From positions 5,535-69,534 of the forward strand of contig CAKZLO010000006.1 of the NCBI GenBank assembly GCA_937127125.1: 64,000 nucleotides of DNA. Reading direction: 5' to 3'. The DNA comes from an uncultured Ardenticatenia bacterium (GTDB taxonomy: Bacteria > Chloroflexota > Anaerolineae > 4572-78 > NAK82). The notes under the pieces were generated by a model. The model was given only the letters and a program-made list of their open reading frames with translations. It ran no database searches and had not been told where the DNA came from. The translations under genes and the position numbers were made by a program. Position 1 is the stretch's first letter; every line of letters starts with the position of its first letter. Positions 55,742-64,000 of this stretch are shown here, one piece after another.

Positions 55742-57500
55742 GCACTCCTTCTCCCGTTCTATGCTGCTAGCTCAAGGTGGAGACCGGGACACCTTGGCGC
55801 TCAAAGACCACTTCGCTCGCGCCAGATTGTTGACACACGCAGACATTCTCGACGGGTGGTGGAGACGCCACTGCTTCCCATCCAGGTGGCTGTCTATAGC
55901 TATACTTGTGTCCGCTGTGGGATTGGCCATTCTCGCGCCACTGCCTCCCATGGCAGGCAACCGGTTCCATCACGATGAGGCGATCTACAGCGCATGGGCG
56001 CTGGACATCGCGACTGGGCGCGACATTATGGTGAGCGGTTCGCCGGTTGACAAGCCGCCACTCTTTATCTACCTGCAGGCCTTGAGCTTCCTGCTGTTCG
56101 GTGCCACAGAGACCGCAGCGCGCTTGCCATCCCTGGTAGCTCATATTCTCAGCACATTGCTCATGTATCAGCTCGGGAGACATCTCTACAGGCGGGGTGT
56201 TGGGTTGCTGACAGCTCTTCTATGGGCTGCCTCTCCGTTTGCTATCCTGTTCGCCGCCACCGCCTTCACTGACTCGCTCATGGTAATGTTTGTGCTCGCT
56301 GCCTGTCTTGCTGCATTGACGCGACATATGGGTTGGGCCGGCGTGTCGCTCGGGTTGGCGGCCATGACCAAGCAACAGGGTATTCTGTTTCTGCCCCTGG
56401 TAGCCGCGCTGGGATGGCACTGTCCGCGCAATGCCTGGAAGCGGTTCGCTGTGGGGCTGGGCCTGACATTGGGCATTATGATAACATGGGATCTGGCGCG
56501 CGGCCGCCAACCCGGCTTCCTGGAACAGAGCATGCTCAGCTATGGCGCTTTGCCGGTGTCACTGGAGGCGGCGTGGCAACGGCTGATCGGTTTTGTTAGC
56601 TGGTTGCAGTATGCCACCGCGTCACCTGCGCTCAATCAGGTGTTGATCATCGGCTTACCGATCCTGTTGCTGGCCGATGGACTGGCATTACTCCTTCGCC
56701 GCGAGAAATTCCCACGGATGAAAAGGGCATTGCTGCAAGCGTTATGCTCCTGCAGCACGAGTTTGGAGAAGGGGGTCGCAGGGACCTCCGCCTTACAGGC
56801 GGCACAAAATGCCATCTACCACGACATCGTTGTGTGCGGTTTCCTCGTTGTGTTTCTCTTCGGGCATGCACTTGTGGGATTTCAGGTCTGGGATAGGTAC
56901 ATGCTGGGGATAGTTCCGTTGATACTCCTCCTGTTGGCCCGCTGCGTGACCCTGCCGTGGAACATGCTGCATTCTTCCGGAACAGATCGTCCGAGTGAGG
57001 CGACCAACGAGGGCCAGGGGCATTCCTCTCTGCATTCCATTCATACCCGCAAGGTCCCCTGGCTATCCGCGCTCTACATTGCAGTTGTGCTTGTCCTCCT
57101 ATCCACCACTTTGGCGCCGATTCAGGATGCTGCTGCCAGCCGCTTCCCCGTTGGCGGAGATCACGGCGCGTACGACGGGATCGATCAGGTAGTTGCCTAC
57201 TTCAAGGCAGTCCCGGAAAACACCACCCTCTATCATCGTTGGCTGGGAGGACATTGGCGTTTCTATCTCTGGGGCAGTCCCTATGACTTTCGTGCCTGGA
57301 CATCCCCTGAGGATCTGGCGACTCAGGCCGAGGCGCGTCCGGGTGCGCGACGTTACGTCGTTTTTCCCAGCTGGCGCTCCGCAACAGAGGTCAGGCTGGC
57401 CTTGAAGCACAAGGGGATGTTGCTGCGAGAGGTGTTCCGTACCCTGAGACGTGATGGATCTGTTTCATTCATTGTGTACCGCATTGAGGAGGCACAATGA
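55713..57500 (+). CDS. GT-C fold ArnT/PMT-like membrane glycosyltransferase (family 39/83-like)
   Basis: FHHDEAIYSAWALD...DKPPLFIY first-loop motif and many TM helices. An alternative start lies at 55761 (MLLAQGG). Confidence 0.7.
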   Translation: MSIVTTHACEHSFSRSMLLAQGGDRDTLALKDHFARARLLTHADILDGWWRRHCFPSRWLSIAILVSAVGLAILAPLPPMAGNRFHHDEAIYSAWALDIATGRDIMVSGSPVDKPPLFIYLQALSFLLFGATETAARLPSLVAHILSTLLMYQLGRHLYRRGVGLLTALLWAASPFAILFAATAFTDSLMVMFVLAACLAALTRHMGWAGVSLGLAAMTKQQGILFLPLVAALGWHCPRNAWKRFAVGLGLTLGIMITWDLARGRQPGFLEQSMLSYGALPVSLEAAWQRLIGFVSWLQYATASPALNQVLIIGLPILLLADGLALLLRREKFPRMKRALLQALCSCSTSLEKGVAGTSALQAAQNAIYHDIVVCGFLVVFLFGHALVGFQVWDRYMLGIVPLILLLLARCVTLPWNMLHSSGTDRPSEATNEGQGHSSLHSIHTRKVPWLSALYIAVVLVLLSTTLAPIQDAAASRFPVGGDHGAYDGIDQVVAYFKAVPENTTLYHRWLGGHWRFYLWGSPYDFRAWTSPEDLATQAEARPGARRYVVFPSWRSATEVRLALKHKGMLLREVFRTLRRDGSVSFIVYRIEEAQ

Positions 57501-60334
57501 AACCAGCGCCCATCTTGCGAAGTGGGTTCGCGCTAGGGGCAATCCTTGTTCTACCTTTGCTCTTCTATCGGAAAATCCTCTGCACCAATCTCATCTTGGT
57601 GGGCATTGACTCGTTCCTGTATTTCTACCCGTATCGTGCCTTTGTGACGCAGCGGCTGTTGCAAGGCCACCTGCCCCTATGGAATCCCTATCTCTTCTTG
57701 GGTGTGCCATTGCTCGCCAATATGCAAGCGGCTGTGCTCTATCCGTTACACTGGCCACTTCTATGGTTGACGGTGCCCAAACAGGTTGCCGTCTCTATCG
57801 CACTCCACAGCGTGGTGGCAGCCGGAGGCACTCTGGTGTATGCGCGGGGCAGGTTAGGTCTGAGCTGGCTGGCAAGCACGGCCGCTGCGGTGTCCTTTGC
57901 GCTGGGCGGCTTCCTGGCTGCTCAGGCCGAGCACATTAATCAGCTCAACTGCCTCGCGTGGCTGCCATGGGCCTTCTGGCTATTGGATGGGCTCATCGCC
58001 GACAGCCTTGATCAGGTGGGGCTGCTGGCACGGGTGCGTCAGAATGCAGGCCGAACACTGATTCTGGCGCTGGTCATTGCTATGATGATTCTGGCTGGCC
58101 ACGCACAGGCTGTTTTTATTTGTCTGACAGGACTGGCCCTCTACGCTCTGATACGCCCCACGTTTGGGGCGAGCTATGTCCGCAGGGGGCGCGGTATAAC
58201 CCACTTTGTCAGACAGTACCGAGCTGATGGTGTGCTGGGTCTGGCCTTAGCAGCTGGGCTGGCGACTCTCATGACCGCGGTTCAGATCGTGCCCACGTGG
58301 GAGCTGGCACGCCTTTCAGTACGTAGCGATGGGCTCAGCTACCGCGAAGCGACTTCCTTCAGCCTGAATCCATGGCTGTTGCGATACACGTTGTTGCCGC
58401 CTTATGGGGTGGATTTGGCGCAAGTCTTCGGCGAAGCGTATGGCGAGTACATCGCTTACGTGGGCATCCTCGGATTGGGGCTGGCAGCTTTCGCGATCTG
58501 GCAGGGATGGCGGCGTGGACGAGACATTCCCGCAAACCAGGACGCAGCGCCGGAGGAGATGGGAAACGCAGCAGACGCTATATCAGCACGCCAACGGGCA
58601 GCCGCGCGCGCCCTGACCATTCTGGCAGCGGGCGGCATGTTCCTGGCGCTGGGACGCGTCAATCCCTTCTACTACGTGCTCTACCAGCTGGTGCCCGGCT
58701 TCGACGCCTTTCGGGCGCCGGCCAGGTGGATGGCGCTGTACGCGTGGGGAATCGCTGTGCTGATCGGCATCGGCTTGGAATGGATTGCCAGACGTACACA
58801 CTACACAAGCAGACAGAGACAACTTCTGACAGCACCTCTGTCAGCCTTGCTTGGTTTCATCTTGATTGGCGAGCTGTTTGTATCTGGCCAGTCACTGCGC
58901 CACAATTATCCCACCGCTCCGGAAGCGTATTCTTTCCTGCGACCGTCAATCGCCCACCTCAAGACGGATGCCGGCGTGCATCGCTTCCTCAGCCTGTCAG
59001 GCATCACCTATGATCCGGGCGACCTCGCTGAGATGAGGGCCATACTGGCCGGGCAACTACCGGAACGCGCCATTTATGATTATGTGGTGGCGGCTAAACA
59101 AAAAGAGGTGCTCGCCTACAACCTGCCACTCCTGTATGGATTGTACAGTGTGGACGGTTACGATGGCGGACTGCTTCCGCTGCGCGATTTTCTGACCCTT
59201 CAGCGGTTGATGTTGCCAGATGACCAGCTTGCGGTGGATGGGCGGTTGCGCGAGAACCTGCGCGAAGTGCCCCCGGGGCGCTTGCTCTCTCTATTGGGGG
59301 TCAAGTATGTGATCACCGACAAGGTGCACGACGTGTGGATTGACGGCATCTACTACGACCTGCAATTTAGCGCTCGTCTCAGTGCCCGGGGCATCACGTC
59401 GGTAAGACCGACCACTCTGCCCCGTTTTCCAGCCACCGCATTGGGGGTTGTTTCACATCTGGAGGGTGCACCGGCTTTGCCCGATGGGACTCCCGTGGCC
59501 CAGTTTCATGTGAGAGGCGAGGCGGGCTGGCAGCGAACGTTCGAACTGGTGGCCGGGCGCGATACCAGTGAGGGTCACTATCACTCCGGCGTGGCGCACA
59601 GTCAGGCACGCGTCGGGCACACTTGGCGGGATGATCCTGCTGGCAAGGACTACATTGCCTTGATCCAATTTGGGGAACCGCACTATTTGAAGGATCTGAC
59701 AGTTGAAGCAGCGTTGCCAGAGGGGGAATTTGTGCTGCGCGGACTGAGCCTGGTGGACACGCGCACGCGCACCGGTCAGCAGCTCACGCTCTCTACAGAG
59801 GGGCATTATCGCCTGGTACACTCAGGCGATGTGAAGATCTATGAAAACCTGGATGTCCTACCGCGTGTCGTGGTGGTACATCAGGCGGAGACGATCCCCA
59901 ATGTGGAACAGATGCTTGCCCGCATGCGGGAACCCGCATTCAACCCAGCTCAATTGGTGCTGCTGAGCGAGGGAGAGCCGATCAACGCGACAGGTAAGGG
60001 TACGGCAAAGCTCACTCGCTACGAGCCGGAAGAAATTTCCGTGGTTGTTTCCAGCGATGCGCCGGGTTATCTGGTGCTGTTTGACACCTTCTACCCGGGC
60101 TGGGAGGCAACCGTGGACGGCCAGCTATCTCCCATCCTGCGCGCGAATCTGATGTTTCGCGCTGTACCCGTGATGCCCGGCGAGCATCTGGTGGAGTTTC
60201 GTTATCGCCCGGCCACGCTCCGCGTCGGCTCGTGGATCAGCCTGGGGGCCTGGGCGGTTTGGCTGAGCCTGTTGATATGGGTGACAGCACAAAGTCGGAA
60301 GAGCAAAGGCAGAGCATCACGGACAAGAAGTTAG
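57497..60334 (+). CDS. YfhO-family polytopic membrane protein (putative glycosyltransferase)
   Basis: GIDSFLYFYPYR...GHLPLWNPYLFLGVPLLANMQAAVLYPLHW and a C-terminal LFDTFYPGWEATVDG are YfhO hallmarks. ATGA overlap with the upstream gene. Confidence 0.75.
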   Translation: MKPAPILRSGFALGAILVLPLLFYRKILCTNLILVGIDSFLYFYPYRAFVTQRLLQGHLPLWNPYLFLGVPLLANMQAAVLYPLHWPLLWLTVPKQVAVSIALHSVVAAGGTLVYARGRLGLSWLASTAAAVSFALGGFLAAQAEHINQLNCLAWLPWAFWLLDGLIADSLDQVGLLARVRQNAGRTLILALVIAMMILAGHAQAVFICLTGLALYALIRPTFGASYVRRGRGITHFVRQYRADGVLGLALAAGLATLMTAVQIVPTWELARLSVRSDGLSYREATSFSLNPWLLRYTLLPPYGVDLAQVFGEAYGEYIAYVGILGLGLAAFAIWQGWRRGRDIPANQDAAPEEMGNAADAISARQRAAARALTILAAGGMFLALGRVNPFYYVLYQLVPGFDAFRAPARWMALYAWGIAVLIGIGLEWIARRTHYTSRQRQLLTAPLSALLGFILIGELFVSGQSLRHNYPTAPEAYSFLRPSIAHLKTDAGVHRFLSLSGITYDPGDLAEMRAILAGQLPERAIYDYVVAAKQKEVLAYNLPLLYGLYSVDGYDGGLLPLRDFLTLQRLMLPDDQLAVDGRLRENLREVPPGRLLSLLGVKYVITDKVHDVWIDGIYYDLQFSARLSARGITSVRPTTLPRFPATALGVVSHLEGAPALPDGTPVAQFHVRGEAGWQRTFELVAGRDTSEGHYHSGVAHSQARVGHTWRDDPAGKDYIALIQFGEPHYLKDLTVEAALPEGEFVLRGLSLVDTRTRTGQQLTLSTEGHYRLVHSGDVKIYENLDVLPRVVVVHQAETIPNVEQMLARMREPAFNPAQLVLLSEGEPINATGKGTAKLTRYEPEEISVVVSSDAPGYLVLFDTFYPGWEATVDGQLSPILRANLMFRAVPVMPGEHLVEFRYRPATLRVGSWISLGAWAVWLSLLIWVTAQSRKSKGRASRTRS

Positions 60335-60351
60335 CAACCGGACGAAACTGC

Positions 60352-62691
60352 TCAGTCCAACTGACCTGTCACAATGAGCACAGAATCGCCCTCCAATGGC
60401 TTCCCGTCCGGTGCAAAAGCTGGCAGGCGTTGACCGGTGGCCGCATTGTATAACCCTAACCGCAGGGCATAAGCCTGGGGCACCAGACGGCCGTCTTGCA
60501 CAATCTCATGCGGACGCCAGCTGGTGGTTGGATAGTGATTATTCAATGGTGGACTATCCGCCTGCCCCACTAGAGAGCCCCTCGCGTCAAGCGCATGCAC
60601 GAACACGGTGTAGGATTCAGCGAGCGGCTGAGGTGATCGCCAGTAAAGCGTCAGGCGCATGCTGCGCGCCCACGGAGAGTCCTCCATGGCACTCAAGGGT
60701 TCATCCAGCTTGTAGGCCAGAAGACGCACCGGAACCCCCTCTGCGTCGAACGTGTGGCCGAGCGGCACCGGTGCACGCATGCGCCAGAAAGGATCGAGGA
60801 TCTGCTCGGGGGCCTCGATCAGGGCATCCCCATAGGGATTAATCAGATACAGGGTGTCAGAACCGAAGTCGCCCAGCAGCATCAAGGTGGTGTTGCGCTC
60901 CGCGACATAGCGCTCTGCAGTCCGCCAGCGTGAGTGGTCGAAGGGAGCTTCGGCAGAGTGCACGATCAGATAGCGCACACCAAGCTGCCCCAGATCACGC
61001 AAGGCGGCTAACGTCTCTGCAGCCGGAAAAGAGGCGAGACGCCTCCCCAGCTCCATCTGGCGCGCGGGAGTGAAGCCACTGTAGCCATTGACCAGCTCCC
61101 ACCACCCCAGAGAGCTGGCCAGCATGCGCCTCGCCTCAGGATATTCCGGTGCCGGCGCAACATACATCGGCAGTTCGAGCACGGCGCCACGAGCTCCCTC
61201 CTCCGCATCCAGGATAAGACGTCTGAGCGCTCCATAGACAGGGGAGATTTCCTCTATCCTGCCGACGTGTGCCAACGGTAGGGGGACCGCAAACGACTCT
61301 GCATACATCGCTATGGCGATGAACACCAGCAACCCGTGGCGCAACAGGTAACCGATCAATGCACTCCGCCTGCCAGAATACGATGGCTGGGGGATCTGCA
61401 CAACGGAGTCCGGCGGAGCGCTCTGCGGAGAAGACAGTGAGCGCGTTGTGCGTCCTTGCAGCCATGTAAGCCCATAGCTGATCAAGCCTGCTAAAGCAAA
61501 CGTCACGACGATCATCCAGCGCGCCGGTGCCCTTATCACGCGCAACGAGGGGAACAGATGCACCAGCTCGCGGTAGATCCCCTCTATGGTCAGGAGGAAT
61601 GCAACCCCGAGGATCACCATCAGTGCCACCGCACGCCAATATGCAGTCAACCTCCCCTTCTTCGTGGTGAGGTCATATACCAGCAACCCCACAGACACCA
61701 ACATCAGAAGCACAATCATCAGCCCGGGGTACAGCATGTGCTCTTCGGTGAAGCTGGGGCGCTCCCGAAACTGCCCGCTTACAGGTCCAGCTAGGCGTAA
61801 CCATGGTGCCGCGGCCAGAAAATCACTGAAGCGAGCTCCTAGGAGGCTCACCACTTCCACCGGTCGCGTCGCTTCGAGGTGGGGTAACACGTCCAAATAG
61901 GGCAACGCCGCAGGAACTACCATAAGAGTTGCGACAACACCACACAGCAGCAACCATAGCAGAGCACTTCGTATCCTTTGCCACCCGTGCCATGCGGCCC
62001 ACACCACCAGATAGAGGGCCAACAGCGAGGCCGTAAAAACAGCCAGATACCAGCTGGAGAGCGCTTGCAGCACGATGAACAAAACAAATGGTGTTGCCGC
62101 TTTCCATGTTTCTGCTCTGCTCTGATGGGTGGGGACAACCTCCTGGCCACGTCGTCCAACTCGGACGAGGAGCTGCTCGAGTGCAAGCACACTCAAGGGC
62201 AACCACTGTACTGTCAACAACTGGAGATGTGAGATGGACGCCAGCCGATAGGGTGCGAAAGCATATGCCAGACCAGCAATGAACGCCACCATCCGCCGGC
62301 CCGTCCAACGCAGACAGAGCAGGTACATGCCCAGGCCGGACAATCCAAAGCTCAACAACAGTGCAACGTTGTAAGCAAGCAATGGCTGACCACTGACGAT
62401 CTGCAGCGGCATCACCATAAGTGCTGTTGCGAGCAAATGCTCCGAGTAGGCCAGCGTATTCGGCAGAGGGAAGAAGATGTTTGCGTCGAACAGGCGCTGC
62501 GGCTTGCTGAGCAAGGCGTGGGCATCCCACGCCAGCGTCCACGCATTAAGCAGGGGATCACCGATGTCGCTGGGGACAGCCGTGGTCATATGCAACCACA
62601 ATGGAGAGGTGGTGCCGAGGGCAAGCAGCAGGAAGAGCACCAAGACCCCAGCAACGTGTCTGGAAAACCTAATCCTTGGCATATGACACAC
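60352..62691 (-). CDS. large GT-C-like polytopic membrane protein with a C-terminal extracytoplasmic module
   Basis: N-terminal SDIGDPLLNAWTLAWDAHAL...FDANIFFP...LAYSEHLL and many TM helices. The C-terminal roughly 127 aa are shared with the neighbouring gene. Confidence 0.6.
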   Translation of the reverse strand: MCHMPRIRFSRHVAGVLVLFLLLALGTTSPLWLHMTTAVPSDIGDPLLNAWTLAWDAHALLSKPQRLFDANIFFPLPNTLAYSEHLLATALMVMPLQIVSGQPLLAYNVALLLSFGLSGLGMYLLCLRWTGRRMVAFIAGLAYAFAPYRLASISHLQLLTVQWLPLSVLALEQLLVRVGRRGQEVVPTHQSRAETWKAATPFVLFIVLQALSSWYLAVFTASLLALYLVVWAAWHGWQRIRSALLWLLLCGVVATLMVVPAALPYLDVLPHLEATRPVEVVSLLGARFSDFLAAAPWLRLAGPVSGQFRERPSFTEEHMLYPGLMIVLLMLVSVGLLVYDLTTKKGRLTAYWRAVALMVILGVAFLLTIEGIYRELVHLFPSLRVIRAPARWMIVVTFALAGLISYGLTWLQGRTTRSLSSPQSAPPDSVVQIPQPSYSGRRSALIGYLLRHGLLVFIAIAMYAESFAVPLPLAHVGRIEEISPVYGALRRLILDAEEGARGAVLELPMYVAPAPEYPEARRMLASSLGWWELVNGYSGFTPARQMELGRRLASFPAAETLAALRDLGQLGVRYLIVHSAEAPFDHSRWRTAERYVAERNTTLMLLGDFGSDTLYLINPYGDALIEAPEQILDPFWRMRAPVPLGHTFDAEGVPVRLLAYKLDEPLSAMEDSPWARSMRLTLYWRSPQPLAESYTVFVHALDARGSLVGQADSPPLNNHYPTTSWRPHEIVQDGRLVPQAYALRLGLYNAATGQRLPAFAPDGKPLEGDSVLIVTGQLD

Positions 62692-64000
62692 GGATCACGA
62701 CGGCATCATCTGGCACCGGCTGCCCCTCCCGATCTGTGACACTCAGCCGCTGCATACGTGTTGGCTCGTAAAGACCCACCGCCAGCGTGTGGGCATGGGT
62801 TGGCAACGTGAAGGTGTGCATATCGGCAATGATCTGGCCCGGCAACCACGCCTCGGTCGGGTACAACCCACCCATGGGAGGCGAGTCTGCCTGGGCGATC
62901 ATTTGGTTCCGGGCGTCGCGCATGTGAATAAACACTGTGTAGCGCTCCGTTTGTCTGGACTCAGCTCGCCAGTAGAGCGTCAGACGTGCCAGTGTCGCTG
63001 TCTCCTCCAGGTGATAGCCAAGCAGCTGGATGGTTGATCCCATTCGATAATCCAACCGCTCCGGTATCATCTCCTCAGTGAGCGGATCAGCAGGCAACAG
63101 CCAGACGTGGGCCAGTGTGAACTCCGTGCAACGACACTCCGCCACTTCCAGTCGTTTCCCAGTCTCTCGGTCGTAGAGGCCGGCCTGGAGTACATAACGC
63201 ACCGGCGGAGCGTCTTGCGGCAACATCAGACTCATCGGATTGCGCACATACATAGTAGCAGGCCATGCAGAGCTGGGAATGTCCTCGGGATGGATCTCGT
63301 CGCTGCCGGCATATGTATGCTGATCCAACCCGTTCAGGTGCAGGAACACGCTGTAATCGCGATCGAGTGGTCGCACCGCCTGCCAATACAGAACAGCTGT
63401 CAACCGCTGGCCAGCCTGCGCCTGGATTTCTGGAAGCCCATCCGCGGGCGATGTGGTGCAGCGCAATGGGCTCCACCATTGGGTGCATGAGGGCAGGTCG
63501 TAGCCCAGCAGTTGCACTTGGTCGGCGAAGGTGGCGCGGCGAGCATACTGCACCCCCATCGCGGTACCTGGCGGCGAGGCGAACCGCAACCAGCTCTCAA
63601 GTGGGCGAGTCACGAGCAAGGCGATCAGGAGAAGCAACGAGGCATACAAGGCCTCGCGGACAGGGTAACTCTGGCCGATAGATCGAAGGGTCCCATCTCC
63701 TCTCGGAACAGGCGTGCAACCCTTCCCCGAACGACGAAGCAGGACTGTCCCAGCAACTCCTGCATAGACGATCAACGCAAGCGCAGAAACCCATGCGCTG
63801 ATCTTGCGCAGCGGGGTATCCTCCAATCGCAATGCCACGTCATAGGTGCCAGCAGGCATGGGCGCGCGTATCAGCCCGTCCGGTCTGGTGATTTCTACGT
63901 CGGAGACCGGCTGCCATGTCGCGTCGGACTCTCGTTTGATCCAAACCTGCCAGCCCGGCCAGTACAGCACGCGAAAAGTGGCCGTGAAGCTCGTTGGGCT
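62669..64000 (-). CDS. C-terminal part of a YfhO/GT-C-like membrane protein carrying two tandem copies of the same C-terminal module; 5' end lies outside the window
   Basis: The frame stays open to position 64000 (SPTSFTATFRVLYWPGWQVWI...). YWPGW resembles the YfhO C-terminal motif. One TM helix follows, then two repeats of the LLGY...LYW...Y(S/T)VF(I/L)H...GLY module. Confidence 0.6.
   Translation of the reverse strand, partial: SPTSFTATFRVLYWPGWQVWIKRESDATWQPVSDVEITRPDGLIRAPMPAGTYDVALRLEDTPLRKISAWVSALALIVYAGVAGTVLLRRSGKGCTPVPRGDGTLRSIGQSYPVREALYASLLLLIALLVTRPLESWLRFASPPGTAMGVQYARRATFADQVQLLGYDLPSCTQWWSPLRCTTSPADGLPEIQAQAGQRLTAVLYWQAVRPLDRDYSVFLHLNGLDQHTYAGSDEIHPEDIPSSAWPATMYVRNPMSLMLPQDAPPVRYVLQAGLYDRETGKRLEVAECRCTEFTLAHVWLLPADPLTEEMIPERLDYRMGSTIQLLGYHLEETATLARLTLYWRAESRQTERYTVFIHMRDARNQMIAQADSPPMGGLYPTEAWLPGQIIADMHTFTLPTHAHTLAVGLYEPTRMQRLSVTDREGQPVPDDAVVIRVSYAKD

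Noticed and set aside
1-64000. A scan for CRISPR arrays, rRNA or tRNA genes, transposases, toxin-antitoxin pairs and defence-island signatures.
   Set aside because: Reading the intergenic regions and the ORF set, I recognised none. Spacers are short and every sizeable ORF has a housekeeping or envelope-related assignment. A tRNA or ncRNA could still be missed without covariance-model tools.

Overview
GC-rich, densely coding bacterial chromosomal window with about 65 protein genes and short intergenic spacers. I recognised no rRNA, tRNA, CRISPR array, transposase or prophage genes. Most of it is housekeeping. It holds a pstSCAB phosphate transporter, aspS, proA and glgC, then the rpmH-rnpA-yidD-yidC-jag cluster. 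The nusA-ylxR-infB-rbfA-truB-ribF operon follows, and punA, xerC, tpiA, dcd, rnz and murJ are scattered further along. The unusual content is envelope-related. Two clusters of very large polytopic GT-C/YfhO-type membrane proteins lie at 24.0-30.6 kb and 55.7-64.0 kb. A HAD/GT4/GT26/MurJ/metalloenzyme block lies at 41.4-46.8 kb. The gene content (many GT-C proteins, a two-CxxC protein disulfide oxidoreductase, a short YidC) suggests a Chloroflexota-like, possibly thermophilic, monoderm; this is inference only. The best candidate discovery is small. A C_GCAxxG_C_C-family redox protein (1585..2076) is only complete if an in-frame TGA at 1687..1689 is read through. That TGA sits where the family's first conserved Cys is expected and is followed by a SECIS-like hairpin, so it is a candidate selenoprotein. 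Other points worth a second look:
- a near-consensus promoter plus terminator-like hairpin in the nusA leader
- a 405-nt non-coding spacer between ylxR and infB
- a response regulator / solute-binding protein / Cache histidine kinase operon
- a roughly 125-aa module seen three times at the C-termini of two adjacent GT-C proteins
I do not see a clear multi-gene novel system such as a defence island. All functional calls rest on motif recognition in the supplied translations; no database search was run.
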